A stretch of 64,000 bases of DNA, taken from positions 3,720,332-3,784,331 of the forward strand of contig NC_068994.1 in the NCBI RefSeq assembly GCF_001194135.2. Reading direction: 5' to 3'. The notes below the pieces were generated by a model. The model was not told the origin of the DNA, searched no databases, and was given only the letters and a program-made list of their open reading frames with translations. The translations under genes were made by a program, and so were the position numbers. Positions 11,533-23,119 of this stretch are shown here, in pieces; the stretch's first letter is position 1; each line of letters opens with the position of its first letter. The stretch is from Octopus bimaculoides. Its lineage: Eukaryota.

Positions 11533-13899
11533 TTACAGCTGCCATAAATAGTTGTTCATAGGTGACAGTTCCTCCATGTTGTTCTTGGACGGATTCATGG
11601 AATTCTTCAGATGGATGCGCTTGTGGCGCTGCAGTGTGTCGCGCCGGGCAAAGTGTTTGGCACAGATGTCACACTGGTAGGCTTTCTCGCCGGTGTGTGT
11701 GCGCTTGTGCAGCTGAAGGTACTGGCGCTGGGCAAACTGTTTGAAGCAGATGTCACAGTGGAATGGTTTCTCGCCAGTGTGCGACCGAGTGTGCATCTGC
11801 AGAGAATTCTTACGAGAGAACTGCTTGAAGCAGATGTCACACTGGAATGGTTTCTCTCCAGTGTGGGATCGCTGGTGCAACTGTAAGTAATGGCGTTGTG
11901 CAAACTGCTTGAAGCAGATGTCACACTGGTACCGGCGCTTTGGGTTGTGTGTGCGTCGGTGAACTGTCAGCTTATCACGTTGTGCAAACTGTTTGAGACA
12001 CACGTCACATTGGTAGGGCCGTTCTCCTGTGTGGGTTCTGCGATGTATTTGAAGAGTGGTTTTACGGGCAAATTTCTGAATGCAAAAGTCACACTGGAAA
12101 GGCTTCTCTCCAGTGTGGGTCCTCTTGTGGATCTGGAGATAATGTTTCTGGGTGAACTTCTTGTAGCAGACATCGCAGTGCAACAACTTTTCGCCAGTGT
12201 GAATCCGTCGATGGATTTGCAGGTAATAGCGTTGAGCGAACTGCTTGAAACAGTAGTCGCACTGGTAACGTTTTTTGTACACAAACATCCCTGTGTTTTC
12301 ATTGCTTAGGTTCATATTGTTGTGATCTTTATTCATGTTATACTGAGCCATGTTGTTGTTGTTGCTGTTGTTGTTGTTGTGGGTGCTGGTGTTGCTGGTG
12401 TTGCTGCTGTTGTTGCTGCTGTTGCTGTTGCTGGCCTTGAGGACATGCTTTGCTCTGCGATGCATCTTCAGCTGTGAACGGTGATAAAATGCTTCCCCGC
12501 ACAGCTCGCAGTGGTGCGGTCGTTCCCCTGTGTGTTGGGTGCGACGGTGGATCAAGAGGGTGTCGCGTCGGGCAAACTTCTGAATGCAGAAGTCACACTG
12601 GTAAGGCTTCTCTCCAGTGTGGGACCTCTTGTGGATGCGTAAGTAGTGGCGTTGAGCAAACGGCTTGAAACAGATGTCACATTGATACATCTTTGAGGAT
12701 CTGTCGCCATGGGGGTTAGGCATCTGTGGCACCAGGCCAGAATGTGCCGGCATTGCCTCGCCTTTGATTCGGGACCTCATTTTATCTTCAGCACTGCCGC
12801 TGTTTTCATGTGAAAACGGCATGATAACAACCGTGCCTGGCTCTGACATTTGTTGGTTGTTGTAAGTCTGGACATTACTCATGCTATTGTTTCTCCTGGC
12901 AACGTTTGTCACCATTGGGGTGGGCTGAGTCTGTTTCGGGTGGTATTGTTCCCTCATGCATCCGTCCATGTTGCCTCTACTGTCGTTTATGTCAGGGGAG
13001 GTCACAACATTATTCTGCTGGGGTCGCTCGTGATTACGCTTGTGCCTCTGAAGTGTATCCCTACGTCCGAACTGTTTGCCGCAGATGTCACAACCAAACG
13101 GACGTTCCCCCGTGTGGGTGCGTCGGTGGTTGTGCATCAAATATTCCTGCGTGAAATGTTTCCCACAAAAATCACAGAACAACTGCTTCTCCCTTGCTCG
13201 CTCTTGTCGTTGAAACGACTGGTTCGATGCAGCATAGGAAGGCTGTACAGTTGCGGGAGACTTTGATGCCTGGATGAATTTTTTCTGGCCAGAATCTCCG
13301 CAGCTGTTGGAAGTAGAAGTGGACGACACAGTGGCTTGAGAGTAGGAGCTTTTCACATTATCTCCGCCACTGCTATCATTGGCCATACTGCTGTTGTTGT
13401 TGGTGTTGCTGTTCACAACATTGTCGCTACTACAACAACTACAGTTACTGCAACTGCAGTCGTTTCCCGATGTCATCGAGGACACCATCGTGTTCTTTTG
13501 TAATGGTGCAACTGCTATGGACACCGGTGCAGTATCCTTCTGGTGGTAACCACTATCGGCGCTGAGGTTGCTGCCCTGGTTGCAGTTACCCGAGCCCTCA
13601 CTGCCGCTGGTCCCACCGAAACAACTTCCAGGAGCCGTCATAAGCTGCATTCTTTCGGGCGTTAAAGGAAAGTAGCAGTTTTGTGTGAATGGGTTTCCAT
13701 AAACGTCGGTAGGGAAGACATTCTGGCTGATGTGTTGTATTCTCTGGGCATCCAAAGTGTGGTGGCCCATCGAAATCTGCTTGCCCCCTGGGAGGCTGCT
13801 ACTGTGGCTGATCCTTTGTGTCTGTGAACTGCCGCTTCTCTGAGCAAACTGCTTGCTATACATGTCCCCGTATATCGACATTCCACTGCCCCTTTCCAT
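11533..13899 (-). CDS. C2H2 zinc-finger protein ZF-A, 788 aa, 13 fingers in clusters of 2+3+8, poly-Asn/Ser linkers
   Basis: Uninterrupted ORF; 13 C-x2-C-x12-H-x3/4-H motifs mostly joined by TGEKP/TGERP; strong start context GCCAACATGG; acceptor-like site 14 nt upstream of the ATG. Confidence 0.97.
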   Translation of the reverse strand: MERGSGMSIYGDMYSKQFAQRSGSSQTQRISHSSSLPGGKQISMGHHTLDAQRIQHISQNVFPTDVYGNPFTQNCYFPLTPERMQLMTAPGSCFGGTSGSEGSGNCNQGSNLSADSGYHQKDTAPVSIAVAPLQKNTMVSSMTSGNDCSCSNCSCCSSDNVVNSNTNNNSSMANDSSGGDNVKSSYSQATVSSTSTSNSCGDSGQKKFIQASKSPATVQPSYAASNQSFQRQERAREKQLFCDFCGKHFTQEYLMHNHRRTHTGERPFGCDICGKQFGRRDTLQRHKRNHERPQQNNVVTSPDINDSRGNMDGCMREQYHPKQTQPTPMVTNVARRNNSMSNVQTYNNQQMSEPGTVVIMPFSHENSGSAEDKMRSRIKGEAMPAHSGLVPQMPNPHGDRSSKMYQCDICFKPFAQRHYLRIHKRSHTGEKPYQCDFCIQKFARRDTLLIHRRTQHTGERPHHCELCGEAFYHRSQLKMHRRAKHVLKASNSNSSNNSSNTSNTSTHNNNNSNNNNMAQYNMNKDHNNMNLSNENTGMFVYKKRYQCDYCFKQFAQRYYLQIHRRIHTGEKLLHCDVCYKKFTQKHYLQIHKRTHTGEKPFQCDFCIQKFARKTTLQIHRRTHTGERPYQCDVCLKQFAQRDKLTVHRRTHNPKRRYQCDICFKQFAQRHYLQLHQRSHTGEKPFQCDICFKQFSRKNSLQMHTRSHTGEKPFHCDICFKQFAQRQYLQLHKRTHTGEKAYQCDICAKHFARRDTLQRHKRIHLKNSMNPSKNNMEELSPMNNYLWQL

Positions 13900-13913
13900 G
13901 TTGGCGTTGTTGT

Positions 13914-13927
13914 CTAGCAGAGAATAA
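13914..13927 (-). promoter_or_regulatory. Predicted splice acceptor of the ZF-A coding exon
   Basis: Minus strand TTATTCTCTGCTAG|ACAACAACGCCAACATGG; exon would start at 13913. Confidence 0.65.
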
Positions 13928-14384
13928 TGGTGGGGTTACAGAGGGCTATTATTGGTGGCTGGTAGTAGTAACAAGTCTTCTCTGTGTCTGTGTGTTTGCT
14001 TCGTCCCCACAAGGGTAGAGGAGTGGGTTGGTTCACTTGGTTCGGTTATAGGCAACCTGGAAGAGAAGAAGACATTGTCATTGGTCAATTGCGATGGTGG
14101 TGGGGAGGGGAAACACTTAGGGACAAAATATAGGGAGACATCTATAGGCAAACTATATTGGGGATTCAGAAACAATGCTACTGATAAAATTGCTGTATAA
14201 ACAAGGATCTGATTACTGTGTCTGTACAATGAAATGAATGGTTTCTATACATATAACGATGATTAGCATGCATCTATCCACCTACTGTGTAATTGTTTAC
14301 CTTCAGCAATTTTATGCGTTCCCTATCATCCGATGTGGTTAGTCAGAACCTCGATTACATTAGTGTACTAGTTTTTAGATTATA

Positions 14385-14630
14385 CATCATCATTGTCGTC
14401 GTTTAACGTCCGCTTTCCATGCTAGCATGGGTTGGACGGTTTGAATGAGGACTGGCAAACCAGAAAGCTGCACCAGGCTCCAATCTGATCTGGCAGAGTT
14501 TCTACAGCTGGATGCCCTTCCTAACGCCAACCACTCAGAGAGTGTAGTGGGTGCTTCTATGTGCCACCGGCATGAGGGCCAGTCAGGCAGTACTGACAAC
14601 GGCCACGCTCAAAAAGGTGTTTTTCTTGTC
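14385..14630 (-). mobile_element. Repeat family C, well-preserved copy
   Basis: tttaacgtccgctttccatgctagcatgggttggacgg...gatgcccttcctaacgccaaccactc...gtgccaccggca. Confidence 0.85.
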
Positions 14631-15289
14631 ATCCTCTTTGTGAGACGATCCAGTATCCTGAAGCTAGTTCCCACTATTTCTGCCTATGTCATCCTTGGTC
14701 TTCCTCTTCTGATACTTCTGTTATGATTCCTATGCAATACATGTCTGTAACAACACAGTCTCAGCTCATCTGGATCACACTACTCACACATATTAACATT
14801 ACACATCCAACAGAACATGCTTGCTTCATTTCTCTCCAGCTTCTGCACATCCTCTGCATGCATTGCCCATGTCTCTCTACCAAGGGCAGACTGAGCCATT
14901 GGTCAGTTGGGTAGTGCCCAAGGGCATGAAGCTGCACTCTACTAAAACACACATTCAAAGGGGCCTGGTAAACAGTTATGCCCGAGGGCCCTTAATACTC
15001 TCAGTCCACCCCTGCTCACTACCACACATCATCCACCACACCTTGTATATGAACAACATATTTTCTACCCTTTGCCTTAAGAAACAAACCCTTTGTTGTC
15101 CATAGACGTAATAGCTCCCTAGAATTTTTCCTACCCTAGAGTTGTTCTGGCCATCATGCTTTCACAACACCCTCCTCAAAGCACCATGAGCCCAACACCA
15201 TATAGTTGGGAAGCAACCTTTTGAACTACACACCTCTGAAATCACTAATCAATACTATACACACACACACATATATATATATAGTTGAA

Positions 15290-15410
15290 ATTTACAGAGA
15301 AACAAAAGACGAAGACAGGTGTATAAACAACAGGTGTATTAGTTTAACACTTGGGAAGGTGAGAAAATCTTTTACATTTCGAGCCTAAGCTCTTCAGCAG
15401 AAAGGAACAC
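15290..15410 (-). mobile_element. Repeat family E (Penelope-like terminal fragment with hammerhead-like fold), next to (TA)n
   Basis: aaaagacgaagacaggtg...gtattagt...tttcgagcctaagctcttc is shared with 24570, 34768, 42831 and 52525. Confidence 0.6.
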
Positions 15411-15424
15411 AAGGAAATAAACTG

Positions 15425-15455
<31 letters not shown>

Positions 15456-15716
15456 CAGATACACACACAGGGAAGTGACCAGTAGGTGCACATAGTAATA
15501 TGATTAAAATATATATACAAAAGGATTGTGTGTGTATATGAGAGAGATGAACAGTGTATACATCATCATTTCATTTTGTTTTCCTATGTTGGTATAGTTT
15601 TTATTTACTTTCCCACCAACAACTCCAGTTAAAAAGGTTAATTAGATAGTAATGAACACACACTAACAGCCACAACCAGACCACAAACTAATCAAAGATT
15701 GTTCTTCGTCTTTAAC

Positions 15717-15735
15717 CTGAGAGAGAGAGAGTAAC
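15717..15735 (-). promoter_or_regulatory. Predicted splice acceptor (putative 5' UTR exon of ZF-A)
   Basis: Minus strand GGTTAC-(TC)n-AG|GTTAAAG: branch-like TTAC, pyrimidine tract and CAG|G. Confidence 0.45.
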
Positions 15736-15736
15736 C

Positions 15737-16239
15737 TCTTTTGGGGCTTTTGTTTGCGAGATGTGACCATCTGGAAACATGATCACACTTGCTTAGCCCT
15801 ACGTCCAACTCCGATCCACCAAACCTATGACCAAAATCGCTCCCCGCCTTGACCGTCCCGTTTAATCTCCCAGAGATTGTGTATTATCCATATGGTCCCT
15901 CTTTTCTGTTTTTTTTTTAAAGGTTTGTCTTTAATCAATCACTCAAAGAAAATGACTTTGTTCCGCAGAAGCGTCACCAACAACACGGCATCGACATTGT
16001 TGCGAGATATACTAGAAAAATAAAAACTAAATCTCCCGAAAATAAGATCCAACGACCTTTAAAAAATGAGAAATGAGGGACCATTTGGATAATGCACAAT
16101 TTCTGGGAGATAAAACGAGACGGTCAAGGCGGGAGCGCTTTTGGTCGTAGGTTTGGTGGATCGGAGTTGGCGTAGGGCAAAACAAGTGTGATCATGTTGT
16201 TTCCAGGTGGTAACATCTTGCAAACAAAGCCCCAAAAGA
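15737..16239. repeat. Long imperfect inverted repeat (arms ~15737-15924 and ~16055-16239, ~130-nt spacer)
   Basis: Manual alignment of the left arm with the reverse complement of the right arm: about 12 substitutions and 4 small indels over the ~165-nt core. Confidence 0.95.
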
Positions 16240-16550
16240 CAGAGGAGAAAAAAACATTGGGACGACGAAAGGACTGGGGAAACGATGACATCCAGTTTGA
16301 GACAAAAGTATTTCTAACGGAAATAAATATATATCTAACGGTCAAAAGTAGGCGGAGGAGAAAAAAGTGAGAGGATGGGAAAACTTTTAGAATATTTACA
16401 AGATCAGACAAAGCAATATAATAGGAGACATTGTAGGATTTTTAAAAATAAATTTAGATAAAAGTAAAATTTAAAAAAAATATAGTTTGTTTTAAGCGAT
16501 TTTTACGAAACTACGACCGAGGAAGATATGACAACAATAGTGTGTGTGCG

Positions 16551-16591
<41 letters not shown>

Positions 16592-18850
16592 NNNNNNNNN
16601 NTATATATTACACACACACACATATAAATACAAATTATACCATACATATATATACACAATGGTGTGTGTGTGTGTATATATATATATAATATATATATAT
16701 GTGTATGTGTGTGTGTGTATAGACGTACATCTGGCTAACACTAGCTAAATAAATTATACGGTTAATTATATATAAATATTTATAAACCTTAACTAAATAT
16801 ATATTTTTAAAACCTTAATCACTAACATTGTAAAAATATTTAGACTGAATATCATAAATAAAATATGTCTCGTTTATGAAGGAACCTGCGGAAAACTTCT
16901 CATCACGACACAAATACATTATATATATGTATGTATATGTATATACACGCATACACAAGTATATTTAGTGAGTCTTGTCTGCCGCCCAAACCCCAACTTT
17001 GTCTTTCGTCTACAACAATCGTGATTTTATAAACCGTTAATGTCAGGCAGACATTGAAAAAAATCAACACCGCTGGATTCATTCACGATGAACAACTGAA
17101 CGAGTATTCCTTCTTCTTTGCTTTTATTTGAAGACTAAAAAAAGTTTCTTTTGGGGGGAGATAGAGACATTTGTGTCCTAGATTTTTTTTCTTCTTTTAG
17201 TCCTAGGCTAGCCCTGATCGTGTAGACAGCCCTTATGCTCAAAGACATTCCAGACGTGACTATCTCATCTTTTTTAAGCACTGTGTACCTCGAAGAAAAT
17301 TATCCAAGGTGTCATTAAAAAAATGTTTGTTAAGTCGGTAGGGGTGGTTTGGAGGGAGATTTGACCGCTATTTCTCGCAGGTCGATCGACAATATAGAGG
17401 CTCCTGTTCCTTACATGAAAATAGGTAAGGAAGAGTCGGTGACATTCATTCCAAACTATAATGTTGGCTGTAGAGATGATGGAAGCAACGGTAGAGAAGG
17501 TATCTTTTATGTATTGTAGAAGCCCGTATGAATAGGAAGCAGTGGTCTTCATGCATCTACCAGGTATAACCTATTCCAATTGGATCGCGGACTGGACTCA
17601 GCGAGATGTTGGGACTTTCATGCATTTATCCAAATACAATGCAATATTAATGTTCGGCACGACACAGGACGCGTCGATGCTTTTAATCCAGGTACGCTAG
17701 CAATTGCCATAGGAAGTGTAATAGCTTGAACTTAGTAATCAAAGAATTAACAAGGGAACCTGCTAGAAACAACAGCCAAATTTCCTCAATGCACACTCTA
17801 CGGTCGTGGGTAAATGCAGCAAACGATATACAAAAAGACGAGATGTTCATTGGTGGAGCGCCTTTGATAATAGATTTGCCCGACCAGGGATGATCTGAGG
17901 ATTGCAGACATGATTCAGAGAGGAGAAATTACTTGCTTTACCACTCACTGTACGCCGAAGCAAAAGTAATTCACATATTTCTAGAGAAAGATGATGGTTA
18001 AATGAGGTTTTGTGGCCTTCAAGCCTTTCTCCAGGCATTTTAGCAGAAAGGGTGAAGTGAAACAGCATGAATCGAAACCGGATCACAACGAACATGGCCA
18101 AGAAGGAACTTCCAGCCTCGACAATAACACCATCAACACCACCGCCGCCATCTTCAACAATGACACAACCACGACGTGGTCGCTCGAATTGTTAGAAATA
18201 GCAGCCAAACAAGCTTAAATAAAAAAAAAAAGAAAACCCTACCGTCATAAACAAAAGATATATTAGACAGTGTAATTCTTGACATAAAAAGATGGGATGG
18301 TCACAGCTGGAAAGGCTTTGATCATAGGTCTGCTCGATCAGAGTTGATTAAGGTAGGAACTAGACACCACCACCATAATCATCACACACACCACCACCTT
18401 CCATTATCCAGAACTCTTCTGTGATGGAGGGAAATCAATAGAAAGAAACAGTTACACGTACATATATACACACACACACACATATATATACACACACACA
18501 CACATATATATACACACATACATATATATACACACACACACATATATATACACACACACATATATATACATATCCACATATGTATATGAGTATATGTGTG
18601 TGTGTATATATATATATATTTATATATGTATGTATATATGAAGACCTTACGTATACATAGAAACAGAGACATATACATTAATATAAGAAAGAATCTTTTC
18701 AACGAAACGAGACATAATTGTTTTTTGTATGTTTTTTAAGAAGGGAGAAACAATTAAGCCTGGCTAAAAAGGGGCAATAAATTACACAACATTTATAGGT
18801 GAACCCTAAACTTTAGTGATTCTTCTATATTTATTAATTATCAATAAAAA

Positions 18851-19450
18851 CCTTACCTTTATTTCTGACGGCCCTTTTTTTTTCTCTCCGGCAAAGCTGA
18901 ACAGAGAAGACAGACATATACAGCAGTAGAAGAAGACACAGACACACACACACCGGCGCTCACTCTCATATTTCCTTCCACAAATAATACCGTTTACTCC
19001 CTGGCCGGACCTTTTCGATTTCGCATCGAAAGTGCATCGATGATGTTCTCTTGCCGATTCTTCGGACCCAGATTGGCTTTGATTGAACAGATTTAAGATC
19101 TTTCTTTTGACCGCTCTTGTAAAAAAAAATTTTTTTACGTAACTTTAAATGCTTGCAACTTCTTTATTGCGAATTTCTATAAGGAAAAATATGAATGCGA
19201 TTTTCATCAAAATTACATAAAAAAAAAAAGGATTCCAAATGGTTGGAAAAAATTTAACAGGATCTAAGATTTATGATTCCGACCCTTTCCAACCACGAGA
19301 CGCTCCGTTTATTTGTCTGAAATATTAGACAATATCTAAGCGACGACAATATCTAACATGTCACTCCTTTTTCTTGTTGAAGCTGTTTACTTCCAGGTTA
19401 ACTTCAGTCGAATAGGCATTACGACCAAAAACGTTCCGCCCTCGACCAAC
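18851..19450 (-). promoter_or_regulatory. CpG-retaining unique region with a strong donor site; putative promoter/first non-coding exon of ZF-A
   Basis: Minus-strand AAG|GTAAGG at 18857/18856; CpG-rich, repeat-free sequence upstream of the donor; GC-box-like CCGCCC at ~19436. Confidence 0.5.
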
Positions 19451-19584
19451 CCCTGTCATTTTTTTAAAGACATCGTGTATCTGAAGCTAAATAATCCAAT
19501 GTATTTTTGAAGGTGTGATTTAAAGGAAATTTCGTAGTTATTTGTAGCATGTCAAGAGAACACGTAGCCGTTCTTTTCGAGCCA

Positions 19585-20250
19585 GAAGAGTTTAACTGGA
19601 AAATATTCCATCAACTTGGCTCAAATGATGTTGGCATCAACTTGAACATTCACTCAAGACTTGGTCCCCGTGTCATCCATCCTGTACAAAAATCAAGCTT
19701 GCATCACATCACAACACTAAGACAGAACTATTTCACTTCATTTGGCCCTGCTCTCTTTAACATCATTCTTTCTAAGATACATATGAGAAGAAAAAGATCT
19801 CAAGCCATTCAAATGCTTCTTGGATGAATTCCTCCAACAAAATCCAAATAAACTACTAAAATATATAATAGAGAAACAATTCTTAACCCTTTTGATACCA
19901 ACCTGGCTGAAACCAGTTCTGTCTCTGTAGTACAAATGTCTTGTTTTCATAAGTTTTGAATTAAAACCTTCCACCAAACCTTAGTCACAATTTATGTTCC
20001 TAACATTAGCTGAATGATTACTAAGTTATTTTACTAAATTCTTTGTTGTTTTTAAAGTAATTGGAAGAAACACTGAGCATCTCAAAATAAATACAGTAAC
20101 GAATGGGTTATAGCTAGATATATTTCTGTCAAAAATAACTATTTATTTGAAAAGGCTATGGTGCCCAAACTATGACTAATATGAAACATCATTAAATGGC
20201 TTTCCAGGTGGTGCTGTTAAGTTAGTCATGGTCTGGGCCAATTCTGAGTG
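19585..20250 (+). mobile_element. CR1/L2-group LINE 3' remnant interrupted by a MITE
   Basis: Translation WKIF..NDVGIN..HSRLGPR..ITTLRQNYFTSFGPALFNII..FLDEFLQ resembles LINE ORF2 C-termini; sequence appears to resume after 20110. Confidence 0.6.
19883..20110. mobile_element. TTAA-CCC...GGG-TTA(A) piggyBac-like MITE (family F2)
   Basis: ttaacccttttgatacc...gtaacgaatgggtta; the 3' half matches fragments at 27560-27700 and 28000-28150. Confidence 0.65.
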
Positions 20251-20254
20251 AAAC

Positions 20255-20722
20255 CTGTACTGGTTCCACGTAGAAAGCACCCAGTACACAATATAAAGTG
20301 GGTAGCATTAGGGAGGGCATCAAGCCATAGAAACTATGCCAAAGCAGACAGTAGAGCTTGGTGCAATCCTCTGCTTAGCCAGTTCCTGTCGAATCATCCA
20401 ACCCATGCCAGCATGGAAAACAGATGTTAACTCCCTCTCCTCCTTTTAGTCAAGGAGATTTTTCTCTTTCCTTTTCTTTTTCTTTTTGTCTTGTTCCACA
20501 AGACAACTGGCAACGCCACTAATGCCGATGCCATGTAAAAAAAGCACTTGGTACACACTGTGAAGTGGCTGGTGTTAGGAAGGGTGTGTGGCCATAGAAA
20601 CCATGCAAGAACGGACATGGGAGTTCAATGCAGATCTGTGGCTGGCTGGATCCTGTCAAACCATCCAATCCATGCCAGCATGCAAAATGGACCTTAGATG
20701 ATGATGATGATGATGATGATGA
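20255..20722 (+). mobile_element. Two consecutive family C copies, the second ending in (GAT)n
   Basis: Both contain aaaagcac..ggt..ttagg(a/g)agggc..tagaaa..atccaacccatgccagcatg. Confidence 0.8.
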
Positions 20723-20823
20723 TATGCTCTCGTTCTTTTGCTAACACTCTTTCAATGCCACCTTGCTCTGAATCATCAAAATCCAATACAATACAAAAAA
20801 ACTGCTGTTGATATATTAATCAA

Positions 20824-21050
20824 AATGGTGAGCCGGGCAGAATTATCAGCAAACCAGACAAATTGCTTGGAAGCATTCTGTCCATCTTTATGTTCTGAGT
20901 TCAAATTCCACTGAGATTGATTTTTGCCTTTCATCTTTTTGGGGTTCCTAAATCCTAAAACAAGCACCAGTTGAAGACCGGGGAGTAATGTAATTGAGTT
21001 AACCTCTGTCCTGAAATTGTTGGCCTTGGACCAAAACTTTGAAATCAATT
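20824..21050 (+). mobile_element. SINE family B
   Basis: gggcagaattatcagc..ttctgagttcaaattcc..ttttgcctttcatc..gttggccttggaccaaaa. Confidence 0.75.
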
Positions 21051-21629
21051 TTATTGATTCCCATCATATTATATCAACCAATATTGTACTGTATTGATCA
21101 TCATCAATATCATATGGAATCTCAAAACAAGGATTTGACAACGAATATCACCAGATCAATTGGTTGCACAATAAAAATTGAAAATTAGAGCAATTAAAAG
21201 CTGCACCTATCACCCCACCACTTCCACCTCTGTCCCTAATACCCACATAAAATTCTCCCTCACCCCTGGGGGCAGTACCACCCACTACATTAGTGACGTT
21301 CAATTCTATTTTCCCTCTTCTTTATGAATTAAATGCATAAAGAGAAGACAACTGTGTTTTGCAGCAATTTTTGTTTCTCTGCAGAAATTTATATTCTTTT
21401 ACTGGTTTTGGTTATTGGACAGTGGTCATGCTGGAGCACAACCTTCAAGGGTTTTAATCAGTCATGTCGCACTTCATACTCTCTTCCCCATCCCATCCCA
21501 CTACATGTCTAAGTCTGGTACTTATCGTCTTACAATTTACTGAATGCCTTGGCTTTTGTGATAAAGGGATGCAACCCAATCTAATGACACGTGCATACAA
21601 GCACACATACACAAAAAAAAAACCCACCC

Positions 21630-21795
21630 AGTATACTCTATAGACTGGTTGGTGTTAGGAAGGGCATCTAGCTGTAGAAACCAACTCAAAACGCACTAAG
21701 GGACCTGGTATGGTCCCTGACCTTTCCAGTTCCTATCAAGCCATCCAACCCATACCAGCATGGAAAACCAATGTTAAATGTTCATCATCATGATG
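21630..21795 (+). mobile_element. Repeat family C
   Basis: ggttggtgttaggaagggcatctagctgtagaaa..ccatccaacccataccagcatggaaa. Confidence 0.75.
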
Positions 21796-21859
21796 ACGAA
21801 TGTCATTCAATCTATATTCAATCTATATGTATGTATGTATAAGTATATATTTATATATA

Positions 21860-22035
21860 TTCTTTTATTCTTTTACTTGTTTCAGTCATTTGGCTGCGAC
21901 CATGCTGGAGCACCACCTTTAGTCCAGCAAATCAACCCCAGGACTTATTCTTTGTAAGCCTGGTACTTATTCTACCGGCCTCTTTTCCTGAACTGCTAAG
22001 TTACGGGGATGTAAATACACCAATATCCAATGGGC
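21860..22035 (-). mobile_element. SINE family A, 3' part
   Basis: Near-identical to 3448-3620. Confidence 0.85.
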
Positions 22036-22041
22036 TTCTTT

Positions 22042-22072
<31 letters not shown>

Positions 22073-22802
22073 ACATACACACACATATATATACATACAT
22101 ACATATATAGGAGTGGCTACATATATATATATATATACATACACACACACACACACAACACATTTCCTTCCCGTTCACAGTAAGACTTCTATTCAAAAAA
22201 GTCCGACCCATTTCCCCCCATAGCAGTTATGTGAAGATTAAAAGACCTACAGTCTGTCCTGATTTACCTCCCTTGCAAAATTCTCTCTCACCCTGAGAAA
22301 TAGAAGCCAGGCAGCTGCTGCGGCTGCTACTGTCGCTATTTAACTCCAGGTCAGCTCTGAACGAGTACACTTCCGAGCAGAAGACAAGCCATGGTTGGCA
22401 CGCCTTTGACTATTGGTCTACTTGATCAAAGTCGACCTGGGGCCAAGCGGCAACAACAATTATATGAGTCAACGTTTTCATATTGGTCAACCTGTTATTA
22501 ATAGCTGCCAAATCTCTCTGTCAAACCACGACTCAACTTCCTTGCAAAAAGGTGAAGGTCAAATTGGATATTGTAGTTGTAGATATGCTTAGAAAGATGG
22601 GATGGTCACGGATAGTCTACCTTTGATCGTATGCCAGCTCAAAGACTGGCCCTTCTCTTAAGAGCTACAAAATATTTCGGACCCCACAGCTGGAATCCAG
22701 CTGTCACATTTGGGATATTGTTCTAATTATGCACTCAGAAATTTTGGACTACATCCATAGAAGGGTCACTCAGCTATCGGGTATTGAATCAATAAGTGAC
22801 AC

Positions 22803-23070
22803 TTGTCAGCTGTCCCACAGACATGCCACCTCCTTTCTCTTCTTTATAGCCACTATAATAGTCTTCTCTTGAACCCTTACCACACTGGTAGCCCCACCTG
22901 TCCTTCAGTGGCTTATCACTCTCGGCATGTCAAACTCCTTTGGTCTCGCACTAACCACTACACCCGGTCTTTCCTCTTCTGGTTCTTTGGAATCTTCTCT
23001 TTTGGGCAGTTGATGTCCAATTGCTCAATCAAAACATTAACAACATCAATATCTCACCAGAACCAACAAT
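22803..23070 (+). mobile_element. CR1/L2-group LINE ORF2 C-terminal remnant
   Basis: Peptide LSLLYSHYN...SRTNHYTRSF resembles the post-RT C-terminal motif of these LINEs. Confidence 0.55.
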
Positions 23071-23119
23071 CCTTCTTCCAGACTCCAGACTCAGCAAGTA
23101 AAAAACAGCCTCACTTACT

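Noticed and set aside
11562-13266. Several plus-strand and alternate-frame ORFs overlapping ZF-A (similar ones overlap ZF-B)
   Set aside because: Shadow ORFs expected from the codon periodicity of finger repeats; no domain content.
17274-17720. Complex sequence with ORF 17274-17552
   Set aside because: No recognisable domain; probably an old retroelement fragment but unassignable by eye.
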